Source: Spirochaetia bacterium (GTDB lineage: Bacteria > Spirochaetota > Spirochaetia > UBA9216). Taken from it: 64,000 nucleotides of DNA. The stretch lies in the NCBI GenBank assembly GCA_963677925.2, contig CAXXYH010000004.1, positions 1,312,001 through 1,376,000 on the forward strand, read 5' to 3'. A program made the translations under genes and the position numbers. How positions within the stretch are numbered: the first letter of the stretch is position 1; every line of letters begins with the position of its first letter. Of this stretch, positions 1-9,293 are shown in pieces. Under the pieces are notes generated by a model that made no database searches, had not been told where the DNA came from, and saw only the letters and a program-made list of their open reading frames with translations.

Positions 1-1280
1 TGGACTTTGTTGATGATGTTACCCTTGTGGCAAAAATTCGTGAAGGAATAACCGACAGCGCAGGTAATCCATTTACAGCAAGTGATGTTGTCTATAGTTA
101 TAAATGGGGCCTTGGTGATTTTGTAACCGCCATGGGTATCTATGCAATAGATTTTGATAAAACCAGGGCTATTGATGATTACACTGTAGAAATAGTTTTA
201 AAAGCACCGAATGTTTCGCAATGGTACCTTCTTGAGCAGCAGAGACTGTTTACCCAGGCTGCAATGGAAGCAAGTGAAAACGGAATGAAGGCCGATCCCG
301 TAGGAACCGGACAGTATGTCCTTACCGAGTACATACAGGGATCAAGAGTTTCCTTCACACGTAATGAGAATTATTGGGGAACTCCTGCAGCGATTAAAAA
401 TGTTAACTGGCTGATCATTCCGGAAACAAGTCAGAGAATGATGACTCTTGAATCCGGTGAAGTTGATTTTTCAGAAGATATTGCCGGTATAGATTATAAG
501 CGAATGGAAAAAAATGACAAAATTGACGCTGATATTGTTCCCTCGTTTGCAAGTACCTGTATTTATTTTAACTGTTCTGAATATTCCATATGCAATGATC
601 CTGCTGTCAGGCAGGCAGTTTCCTATGCGGTAAGTAAAGATGCAGTGAATAAGATTGTATACAGCGATCTCTTTGTTCCTTCAGTAATTCCCGGCTCAAG
701 AGCTCTAATGGGAATTGATCTCAGCTGGAATGCAAAAGACGGCTATTATGATCTTGATCCTGCAAAAGCAAAGTCACTGCTTGCCAAGGCCGGTATAGCT
801 GAAGGTACTGAGGTTGTGATTGGAATCCCGGGTGAAAATGCAATGATAGCAACTGCTGAAGTAATTCAGGGGGCACTAATCGGGTTAGGATTGGATGCGA
901 AGATTCAGTCATATGAACCGGCAGTATGGAATGAGGTTCAGATAGATCCTCAGAGCGGTATAGATTTGGCAATTCACACTCCGGGATGCCCCGACGGATA
1001 TTTCGGAAATAAATTACAGGCGAATTTCAGACTGTCACAGACAATATTCTACGATAATGACGAACTGCTGGACATGATTGATGAATCACTAATGACTATG
1101 GATAAAGACGCTCAGCTCGTAATAAATAAAAAGCTGAATGATCTTGTTGTCAAAGATGTTCCCATTTTGAGTCTGGTAGACAACGGATACATATATGCAT
1201 GGGATTCAAATGTAAAGGGTGTTAAAAAGATGCATGCAGAAAGAGGACGTCAGTTAGATCTGTCTTATCTGTCATATTAA
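1..1280 (+). CDS. Peptide/nickel-type (family 5) ABC substrate-binding protein, 5'-truncated by window edge
   Basis: Frame open from position 3 (DFVDDVTLVAKIREG..GNPFTASDV); PVGTGQY, RNENYWG and VRQAVSYAV motifs of SBP_bac_5. Confidence 0.9.
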   Translation, partial: DFVDDVTLVAKIREGITDSAGNPFTASDVVYSYKWGLGDFVTAMGIYAIDFDKTRAIDDYTVEIVLKAPNVSQWYLLEQQRLFTQAAMEASENGMKADPVGTGQYVLTEYIQGSRVSFTRNENYWGTPAAIKNVNWLIIPETSQRMMTLESGEVDFSEDIAGIDYKRMEKNDKIDADIVPSFASTCIYFNCSEYSICNDPAVRQAVSYAVSKDAVNKIVYSDLFVPSVIPGSRALMGIDLSWNAKDGYYDLDPAKAKSLLAKAGIAEGTEVVIGIPGENAMIATAEVIQGALIGLGLDAKIQSYEPAVWNEVQIDPQSGIDLAIHTPGCPDGYFGNKLQANFRLSQTIFYDNDELLDMIDESLMTMDKDAQLVINKKLNDLVVKDVPILSLVDNGYIYAWDSNVKGVKKMHAERGRQLDLSYLSY

Positions 1281-1286
1281 CCAAGC

Positions 1287-1317
1287 TGAAGCCGGGAGTA
1301 TCTGCTCCCGGTTTTCA
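1287..1317 (+). terminator. Stem-loop after SBP gene (stabiliser or weak terminator)
   Basis: GCCGGGAG-tatctg-CTCCCGGT followed by TTT. Confidence 0.6.
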
Positions 1318-1331
1318 TAAATGAGTAAATT

Positions 1332-1925
1332 ATGTTTTTAAATAGATACAAAAACTTTGATACATACTGGAAGAGAATAAGGGTTAAAGATGATTCATCG
1401 GAAGGCTCTCATTCCAAGTTTGTATATGTTGAAGATTACTATCATTACGATTTCGATGATGATGTTAAAAACAGAATAAAACGTATGCAGATTCAGCTTG
1501 CACTGTGTTTTGTAATTGTATTCGGGTTTTCTGTAACACGTCAGGTAAGTATTAATAGTATTCCATACATAGGCGGTTTCGCAATGATAGCGGCTGCTGC
1601 TGAATTGTTCTGTATAATCGGTATCTTTTCATTTATCAGGATTGAAGAAAATATGACGATTATGGATTTCAAGCGTGTCAGGGGGATGATTTACTATAGC
1701 GCTGCAGGTGTTGTTTTTGCACTGTCAGCTTTATTTGCTGGATATTTCTATTACCTTTTTACGCAGCATCCTGTAATAACTAAAATGGATTTTTTAGTTG
1801 CTGCAGGATATATTTTCGCAATCCTACTGGAAATACCGATACTTTTGTTCCAGAGCAGGAAGCATTATAAAGTTATTCTTAACAATAAAATGGATAAAAG
1901 GGAGATCGATATAAATGGTTACTAA
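1332..1925 (+). CDS. Hypothetical membrane protein (about 4 TM helices)
   Basis: 197-aa ORF with four hydrophobic stretches; overlaps next start. Confidence 0.75.
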   Translation: MFLNRYKNFDTYWKRIRVKDDSSEGSHSKFVYVEDYYHYDFDDDVKNRIKRMQIQLALCFVIVFGFSVTRQVSINSIPYIGGFAMIAAAAELFCIIGIFSFIRIEENMTIMDFKRVRGMIYYSAAGVVFALSALFAGYFYYLFTQHPVITKMDFLVAAGYIFAILLEIPILLFQSRKHYKVILNNKMDKREIDINGY

Positions 1926-3639
1926 GAAAGATGTCATGGTGGAAATGCCTGACGGTGTAAAACTTGCTACTGATATATTTTTACCTGAAGATGGAAAAGG
2001 TGCTTATCCTACCGTTCATGTAAGAACTCCGTATGTTAAAGATAATATTCTTAAACGTATTTTCGACGACATTCCGGCCAGCGAAAGACCTTTTGATATT
2101 CCCGGTTACACTGATAAGGGTTATGCGTTTGTTATTCAGGACTGCAGGGGAACCGGAAAATCTGAGGGGCTTTACAGACCCTGGCTTGGAGATGCTGAAG
2201 ACGGGTATGAACTTGTTGAGTGGATTGCAGCGCAGGATTGGAGTACTGGAAAAATTGGAGCTATCGGTTCTTCAAATCACGGTTCAGTACAGCTTTTAAC
2301 TGCTTCAATGCGGCCTCCGCATCTTGACTGTATTGTTCCCATGGGAACTTCCAATGCAATGCCATTTTTTGAAAATGGAATTTTAAATCTTGCCGGTTCC
2401 TCAATATGGTATATTCAGCAGGCTTTTAATTCCGCTCAGCGGGGCGGTATGAGTGAAGAGCGGTTCCAGCGTATGAAAGCAAAGCTCGATAAGATAATGA
2501 GTAATATGGATGAACAGTTTTACTGGCTGCCACTGAAGGATGTTCCATTTGCTAATGTTGAAGAAGTTGATATGGAGCTGTTCTTTCATGAGTTTCTTGA
2601 ATATCTTGATCAGCCGGCTCACTGGACAAGGATTCATAACCCTGCAGACATACTGAACATTGATATGCCTATCATGTTTATCGCTAACTGGTATGATCAT
2701 CTGGCAAGAAATGTTTTTGACATGTACAAAGTGTTAAAAAATCATGGAACTCCAAAAACACAGGAGAACCTTCATTTGTATATTGGTCCATGGCGAAAAT
2801 ATAATGGAATAGAAGGTACTGATGAGGGGCTCTGGGACAATCATAGAAGTCTTTTCGATGTGACCATCGGCTGGTTTGATTATTGGCTGAAAGGAGAATC
2901 AAACGGATTTGATAAATCCGAACCGGTTTTCCTCCATACTATGGGTGATGTCGCATGGCGGTTCGAGAAGAGCTGGCCGCTTCCGGATACTGATTTCACT
3001 AAATATTATTTTGATTCAGAAAATGGCGCCAACTCATTAAACGGTGATGGTGTTCTGACATTGAATAAGCCGATTGACGGATACGATGAATTTGATTATG
3101 ACCCCGCTAATCCGGTGGAAACCAGATCCGGGGTTGTAATCAACCCGAATGATTCGCTGAGGCAGAGTCAGAATGATGTTGAACAGCGTGAGGATGTGCT
3201 TGTTTACAGTTCAGAAGTACTTTCTAATCCGGTAGAGGTTACCGGGCCGGTTAGGGTTAAGCTCTGGGCTTCTACTAGTGCGGTTGATACTGATTTTACC
3301 GCAAAGCTTGTTGATGTCAAACCCGATGGAGAAACTTACAATCTGATCGAGGGAATAATCCGGGCCAGGTATAAAAACGGTGTGGACAGCGCTGAACTCC
3401 TTATTCCCGGTGCAGTTTATGAATATGAAATTAATTTGGGGGCTGTAGGAATTGTTTTTAAAGAGGGTCACCGTATCCGTGTTGAGATAGCAAGCAGCAA
3501 TTTTCCTAAACATGACAGGAATATGAACACAGGGCATAAGATCGGAGTTGATAAAGAAGGAATAATTGCAAGTCAGAAAATTTTTCATGATGATATGCAT
3601 CCTTCATACATAGAATTGCCGGTTATCCCGAAAAAATAA
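1915..3639 (+). CDS. CocE/NonD family (peptidase S15) hydrolase
   Basis: DGVKLATDIFLP, RTPY, QDCRGTGKSEG, GSSNHG, WYD, YDPANPV, SSNFPKHDRN. Confidence 0.92.
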   Translation: MVTKKDVMVEMPDGVKLATDIFLPEDGKGAYPTVHVRTPYVKDNILKRIFDDIPASERPFDIPGYTDKGYAFVIQDCRGTGKSEGLYRPWLGDAEDGYELVEWIAAQDWSTGKIGAIGSSNHGSVQLLTASMRPPHLDCIVPMGTSNAMPFFENGILNLAGSSIWYIQQAFNSAQRGGMSEERFQRMKAKLDKIMSNMDEQFYWLPLKDVPFANVEEVDMELFFHEFLEYLDQPAHWTRIHNPADILNIDMPIMFIANWYDHLARNVFDMYKVLKNHGTPKTQENLHLYIGPWRKYNGIEGTDEGLWDNHRSLFDVTIGWFDYWLKGESNGFDKSEPVFLHTMGDVAWRFEKSWPLPDTDFTKYYFDSENGANSLNGDGVLTLNKPIDGYDEFDYDPANPVETRSGVVINPNDSLRQSQNDVEQREDVLVYSSEVLSNPVEVTGPVRVKLWASTSAVDTDFTAKLVDVKPDGETYNLIEGIIRARYKNGVDSAELLIPGAVYEYEINLGAVGIVFKEGHRIRVEIASSNFPKHDRNMNTGHKIGVDKEGIIASQKIFHDDMHPSYIELPVIPKK

Positions 3640-3652
3640 GGAATCTTTAATA

Positions 3653-5005
3653 ATGAAAAATATTACTGTACCTCTCAGGCTGGAGGTTCCTACACCATGT
3701 GCCGAAAGATGCGAGAATCTTATTGAGGTTTTTCAGAACGGTAATGAATACCGATGGACACAATATTTACCATCCTCTTTGAAATCGGGACTTCCCCTGG
3801 TTGTTGAAATTCATGGAGGCGGAGGGAACGGCGAGCGGCAGAGCAGAGTAACAGCCTGGGCTGAACTTGCAGAGAGGGAAAATTTTGTAGTCATTTATCC
3901 CTCGGCAAACAATATTGCCAGAGACAATAATATAAAGAACTGGAGATGCCAGCAGGATAATTTCCTAGATGATGCAGATTATCTTTATGACATAATTATG
4001 TTCATCTGTGGTAAGTATGAAATTGATAAAGAGAGAATTTACATATCCGGCATGTCCTTCGGTGATATGATGAGTTCCATTTTTGCTGCAAAATACGGGG
4101 GGATGCTTGCAGGATTATGCAGTTTTAACGGACCAACAGCACCTTGGGAATGGCATAAACTAAAACTGACAAGTGAACTCCCGGTTATTCAGATAAGGGG
4201 AGAGCTGGACCTCTCTCTTCCGTTTCCGGAACAGAATAAGCTCACAGAGGAAGAAGCTTTTAATCAGAAAAAAGAGTTTTATATTCTAAATCGTGAAAAC
4301 TGGATGGCTAAACTTGAGACCAGTAAAATTCCTCAGATTACTCTGAAAGAAAAAATTAACTTTGCATTATACGAAGGCAGAACATCAGATCTTCTATATG
4401 TTGAATGTAAATCAATGGGTCATGTTGAACCCGAATTCGGGATGGACCTTGCCTGGAGATACTGCTTTTCACGGTTCCGCAGAACAGCAGAGGGGATCGA
4501 ACGAATTAATGATTTGGCTCAAGTGAAGACCGGCAATGGTACTTTTGTTATTGCCTCAGGTGTGGATAAAATCTATTCCTCCAATGGAATAAGGAGAATC
4601 GCTTCAGCTCCGGTTATGGGAATACCTGAAGCTCTTCCAAAAGATAACTGGTGTATTGTAAGCAGAAATGATTATAAAAAAGAATCAGTACTGTATATAA
4701 AGCTTGAGCAGCTTGCAGAAATTATCTCTAGTGAATTAACAGATAACAGATTAAATTTCAATGATACCGTCTATACGTTTTATCCGGACAATTATCTTGT
4801 AGCCACAGATAAAGAACACTTTTCAATGAGCAGGCCGGCTTTGTTGATTGATAATGTTGTCTGGGTTCCGGCAGGTGATGCTCTTGAGGTGATGGGATTT
4901 AAATATTCTGAAAATGACGGTGTCCTGTACTGCTCTGATATGTGCAGCTATTTAACTCATGGTTTTGCTACTCTTCTAAGAAGAATGTTTGAGCAGACTC
5001 CATAA
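3653..5005 (+). CDS. PHB-depolymerase/LpqC-like alpha/beta esterase with C-terminal extra domain
   Basis: PLVVEIHGGGG, FVVIYP, IDKERIYISGMSFG (GxSxG), GELD, MGH. Confidence 0.75.
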   Translation: MKNITVPLRLEVPTPCAERCENLIEVFQNGNEYRWTQYLPSSLKSGLPLVVEIHGGGGNGERQSRVTAWAELAERENFVVIYPSANNIARDNNIKNWRCQQDNFLDDADYLYDIIMFICGKYEIDKERIYISGMSFGDMMSSIFAAKYGGMLAGLCSFNGPTAPWEWHKLKLTSELPVIQIRGELDLSLPFPEQNKLTEEEAFNQKKEFYILNRENWMAKLETSKIPQITLKEKINFALYEGRTSDLLYVECKSMGHVEPEFGMDLAWRYCFSRFRRTAEGIERINDLAQVKTGNGTFVIASGVDKIYSSNGIRRIASAPVMGIPEALPKDNWCIVSRNDYKKESVLYIKLEQLAEIISSELTDNRLNFNDTVYTFYPDNYLVATDKEHFSMSRPALLIDNVVWVPAGDALEVMGFKYSENDGVLYCSDMCSYLTHGFATLLRRMFEQTP

Positions 5006-5017
5006 CAAAGGCTTTTT

Positions 5018-6394
5018 ATGAACATTACCAGTAGACTTGTAAAGCACACGGCGAATTTACGTTATGAGGATCTATCTAAATCAGTAATAGAGGTGCAAAA
5101 GAAATCAATAGCCGATTCAATTGCCTGTATGATTGCCGCAACCGGAGCTGACCGGGGTATACATGCCGTCTATGATACCGCATTTGAGCTTGGAGGCCCC
5201 GGTAACTGCACCATGTTTTCAAGCATGCGCAAAACAACTCCAATGATGGCTGCTCTTGCAAACGGGGCTTTGTCGCACTTTCTTGATTTCGAAGATTCAC
5301 ATGAGCTTGCATTGGTACATCCCAATGAGGTTTCAATGCCTGTAATGGTGGCACTTGCTGAATATGAGGGGACCAGAAGTGGAAAAGATTTTTTAACTGC
5401 TCTTGTTGCAGCCAGTGACATATGCTGCCGGCTTGATTTTGGTATCAGCGAAGATGTCCTGAAATACGGGTGGAATATGCCGCCAATACACGGCGGTATG
5501 AGTGCTGTCATGGGAGCGTGCAATTTTCTCGGGTTGAGCGAAGAGCAGACTCTTGATGCAATTGCTATGAACATGAGTCAGGTGACATCGAGCGGAGAGG
5601 CTGCGTTCAGCTCTGAATCCGTAATAAGATCGATCCGTGACGGATTTGCTGCACAGGCTTCAGTTCTTTCTGTACTGACTGCCGCAAAGGGTATTTCAAC
5701 AAAATTTAATGATGCTTTTGGTGGAGACAACGGGTACTTTCACGCCTATGCTCGTGATGCGTATACACCGGATAAAGTTCTTGAAGGTCTTGGAGAGATT
5801 TTTCAGAGTGAGTATATCAGTTTTAAACCATGGCCCTGCTGCAGAGCTACTCATACATCAATAGAAGGTGTACAGAATATAATAGAAGAAAATGATATAA
5901 AAACTGAAGATATAGAGGAAATTCATCTTACTTTACATGAGGTAGGACGAATGGTCCTTGAGCCCAGAGAAATTAAATATAATCCGAAGACCGCGGCAAT
6001 GGCCAAATTCAGTATACCGTTTGCTCTTGGTACACTGATTAAATACGGAAAAGTCGACCTGCATAGTTTTTCTCAGGAAAGACTTGATGACCGCGAAATT
6101 TGTGAGCTGGGCAGTAAAGTTAGTTATAAAATTGATAATGAGCTTACAAAAGAAGAGAATAAGCTCACTGATATAATTATAAAAACAAAGAAGGGTCAGT
6201 TTAACAGGACTGTCAATCATCCTCTAGGCTGCAGAGAGAATCCGATGAGTGAACAGCATATGCTTGACAAGTTTAGAAGCTGCATGTCTTTCGCAAGAAA
6301 ACCCTATACTGATAAACAGGTCGATTCAATCTTTGATATGATAAACCACATTGATGAATTGGATAATGTTTGTGAGCTCTTTGAGCTTCTATAA
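5018..6394 (+). CDS. MmgE/PrpD family protein (paralog 1)
   Basis: NGALSHFLDFEDSH..HP, FKPWPCCRATH, AKFSIPF, GCRENPM. Confidence 0.92.
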   Translation: MNITSRLVKHTANLRYEDLSKSVIEVQKKSIADSIACMIAATGADRGIHAVYDTAFELGGPGNCTMFSSMRKTTPMMAALANGALSHFLDFEDSHELALVHPNEVSMPVMVALAEYEGTRSGKDFLTALVAASDICCRLDFGISEDVLKYGWNMPPIHGGMSAVMGACNFLGLSEEQTLDAIAMNMSQVTSSGEAAFSSESVIRSIRDGFAAQASVLSVLTAAKGISTKFNDAFGGDNGYFHAYARDAYTPDKVLEGLGEIFQSEYISFKPWPCCRATHTSIEGVQNIIEENDIKTEDIEEIHLTLHEVGRMVLEPREIKYNPKTAAMAKFSIPFALGTLIKYGKVDLHSFSQERLDDREICELGSKVSYKIDNELTKEENKLTDIIIKTKKGQFNRTVNHPLGCRENPMSEQHMLDKFRSCMSFARKPYTDKQVDSIFDMINHIDELDNVCELFELL

Positions 6395-6491
6395 AAAGTA
6401 TAGCGGTCTGAAATCGCAGAAGAAAAATGTTTCAGGTTAATGGCTGACTGATTTTCTGATATTTGCTCTATGAAGAGTGCTTAATTTAAAT

Positions 6492-6523
6492 AAAAAAAGG
6501 GGTGTCTTCCAATAAGACACCCC
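6492..6523 (-). terminator. Rho-independent terminator of sugar SBP gene
   Basis: GGGGTGTCTT/AAGACACCCC stem with 7-T tail on minus strand. Confidence 0.85.
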
Positions 6524-6546
6524 GTTAATCATAATTCCAGAATTAA

Positions 6547-7734
6547 TTATTTGTAAGGACTGAAATCGATGTCGGCAAAATCCGGATGATTTTCGTCTTT
6601 GTAGCCTGTAGCAAAGATTGTGTCATAGGTTAACTGGGGATTTGTTGCCAGCAGAGTATCAATTGGTGAATAAGCAGTTTTTGCACCGTCAATTGAAGGT
6701 CCGCTTGTTACACCCTTTAATCCGTCAACACCGTCAACGACATTTTTGGCGATAGTAACAGAATCTTTTACTAACTTTGATACATCTTTGAATACTGTCA
6801 TTGTCTGAGTACCCTTACCTGTAACAGTGTCTCCCATCAGACTTGCTAGAGTAACGTTTGAACCATCCTGGCCGGTAGTATAGTACTTGGCATATGGAGT
6901 TGCCATTTTTGCAAATTCCTGTCGGATTGCAGCAGAAGTGTCGTCATTCGGAGCAAGGACGAATACCTTGTCTGAAGTCGGTTTGATCTGTGCAACTACA
7001 CCGGCTGCTTTAATTCCTGCAGTTTCAGGATTCCAGTCGGTATCGATAGGCTGCATTGCTGCCTGAAGAGCGTCTTTAGCAGCATCATTAAATGTCGCTT
7101 CTGTATACAGTGCAAGCTTTTTGAATGCAGCAGGATCCTGGTTTACTATGTTGAACATATCAAGGTTCGGCTGTAGTTCTTCAAAAGCTCCGCCGAAGAA
7201 GTATGTTGCGTTTGGCCAGTCAGCAACACGTCCAGCAAAGATTGCCAGATCGCCCTTGTTGGATGGAGAGCATCCTTCTGCTTTTGCGGCGTCTACAAGG
7301 TGTTTACCCATAGCTTTACCAACATTCCAGCTGTTGAATGTAGTATAGTAATCTGCTACGTCTGAAGAGCCTTTTGCCATTCTGTCATGTGCAATTACTA
7401 CAACATCTTCAGCATGTGCAGCTGCAACCGCAGAAGCACCGGAGCCTTGAGCTGTAATAATAATTACCTGAGCACCCTTGGCTATTAAGGCTTCAACGTT
7501 CTGTTTTTCTTTGGCTTCATCACCCTCTGAGAATAAAATCTCAAACGGATAATCGGGACCTAAAGCTTCCAGATTTTCAAGGAAGAACTTACCATCCTGG
7601 TTTGCCCATCTTTCTTCAGATGCATCCGGTAAAACAACTCCAATTTTGATTCCGGCAGATTCCTGTGCACCGCCTGCAAAAGCAAACCCTGATACTAAAG
7701 CCAGGATAAGAACAGTGAATAGAAAACGTTTCAT
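6547..7734 (-). CDS. Sugar ABC substrate-binding protein (ChvE/XylF-like)
   Basis: Signal peptide FAFAGGAQE; IGVVLP..ERW, VIAHDR, LAPNDD, TGQD, TMTVFKD. Confidence 0.88.
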   Translation of the reverse strand: MKRFLFTVLILALVSGFAFAGGAQESAGIKIGVVLPDASEERWANQDGKFFLENLEALGPDYPFEILFSEGDEAKEKQNVEALIAKGAQVIIITAQGSGASAVAAAHAEDVVVIAHDRMAKGSSDVADYYTTFNSWNVGKAMGKHLVDAAKAEGCSPSNKGDLAIFAGRVADWPNATYFFGGAFEELQPNLDMFNIVNQDPAAFKKLALYTEATFNDAAKDALQAAMQPIDTDWNPETAGIKAAGVVAQIKPTSDKVFVLAPNDDTSAAIRQEFAKMATPYAKYYTTGQDGSNVTLASLMGDTVTGKGTQTMTVFKDVSKLVKDSVTIAKNVVDGVDGLKGVTSGPSIDGAKTAYSPIDTLLATNPQLTYDTIFATGYKDENHPDFADIDFSPYK

Positions 7735-7850
7735 GTTAACCTCCTATGAAACATTACAATTTACAGATACAATATTTTCTGCAAATTATTTTTTTGATAT
7801 CATTAGAGCTCAGTAATTGTTACTGAACTTTAATTCCAAATTAAAAATTG

Positions 7851-9284
7851 TTATTTGATAAAATCAGCTTCAATACTGCCTCTGATTTTATCTTTGATCT
7901 TATTGTACGCTCCCAATGCGTTTGTATACTTATATTCAAAATCTATAAGGTCTGTACGATTTTCTTTTTTGGCAGCTTTAAGTTCAGATTTGGCTATTGC
8001 AAAGTTCTTTTTGTCAGTTTCAAATTCTTTCTTATATTGCTTTTTTGCGTAATGTATTCCGACTAAATCAACAGGGTTGACATTCCTTGTATATATATCA
8101 AATACAACAGCAAGTAGTAATACTCCGCCTAATATGATTGGTTCGATATTTGCATCTATACCTGCAAGTGCCATTCCGTTCTTTAACGACATCATTACGA
8201 TTGCACCTATTACACCGTTAACAACTTTACCGACACCGCCGCTGGCGCTTGTTCCGCCGATAAAGGCTGCTGCAATTGCATACAGTTCCCAGAACGGACC
8301 GTGTTTCGGTGAAGCATTTTCCAGTCTGGATACATACATTACGCCGGAAATCATTGCGAGTATTCCCATCGAAATAAACACGATGATTAATATGCCTTCA
8401 ACATTTATACCTGACAGCTCGGCGGCTTCAGGGCTTCCGCCGACAGCATAAATTCGTCTGCCCAGTGTTGTTTGTGTTGTCATGAAAAAGTAGATAGCAA
8501 CAACGGCAACCGTAATCAGCAGCAGGTATGAAATACCTTTGTTGGCGCTGAAAACATAGGTTAAATAACCGATAACAGCGGTCAGTAAGAGTAATTTTGT
8601 GATGAATAATTCTATTTTTTCGCTTGGAATATTTAATTTTCTGTTTTTATTTCGCCTTAATATTCCTGATAACAGGGCAAAAATGAGTATTACGCTACCG
8701 ACAATAATTGAAACTATATCGTACCCGCCTATCTCTACAGTCGGTAAATAGCCTGTGCCGACTTTGATGAAAAACTCATTTGTAGTTGATATTGTTCTGT
8801 TTCCAGTTTGAATCATCAGGAAGCCTTTGAAAATAAACATGCCGGCAAGAGTTACAACAAAAGAAGGTACTTTGATTTTGGCGATGAAGTAACCTTTTAC
8901 AGCACCTACGAATACGGTTATTGCTAATGCGCCAAGTAAGGCAACTATTACAGACTGGCCGCCGGTTTCAACAGCAACTACAACATAGGCGCCAAGGAAA
9001 GCACCGATATAACCAACTGATAAGTCAATCTGTCTGGTGACTATGACAAGCGTCATTCCAACAGCCAGAACAGCTACATAAGCTGTCTGATTTAATAGGT
9101 TTGTAAAGTTAAATGGTCCGAGGAATATTCCGTTTGTCATGAAACCGAATACAATGAATATAACAACCAGTGCTATAAACATTCCGTAATCTCTAATGTT
9201 TGTTCTCAGCATAGAGATAAGCGTCAGGAAATATTTATAAATATGCCAGGCTGCCTTTTCTAAAATATTTTTATTTTCTACCAT
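7851..9284 (-). CDS. Sugar ABC permease (GguB/XylH-like)
   Basis: IDLSVG, PSFVVTLAGM, GRRIYAVGGSPEAAELSG, ELYAIAAAFIGG. Confidence 0.92.
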   Translation of the reverse strand: MVENKNILEKAAWHIYKYFLTLISMLRTNIRDYGMFIALVVIFIVFGFMTNGIFLGPFNFTNLLNQTAYVAVLAVGMTLVIVTRQIDLSVGYIGAFLGAYVVVAVETGGQSVIVALLGALAITVFVGAVKGYFIAKIKVPSFVVTLAGMFIFKGFLMIQTGNRTISTTNEFFIKVGTGYLPTVEIGGYDIVSIIVGSVILIFALLSGILRRNKNRKLNIPSEKIELFITKLLLLTAVIGYLTYVFSANKGISYLLLITVAVVAIYFFMTTQTTLGRRIYAVGGSPEAAELSGINVEGILIIVFISMGILAMISGVMYVSRLENASPKHGPFWELYAIAAAFIGGTSASGGVGKVVNGVIGAIVMMSLKNGMALAGIDANIEPIILGGVLLLAVVFDIYTRNVNPVDLVGIHYAKKQYKKEFETDKKNFAIAKSELKAAKKENRTDLIDFEYKYTNALGAYNKIKDKIRGSIEADFIK

Positions 9285-9293
9285 CAATCTCTC

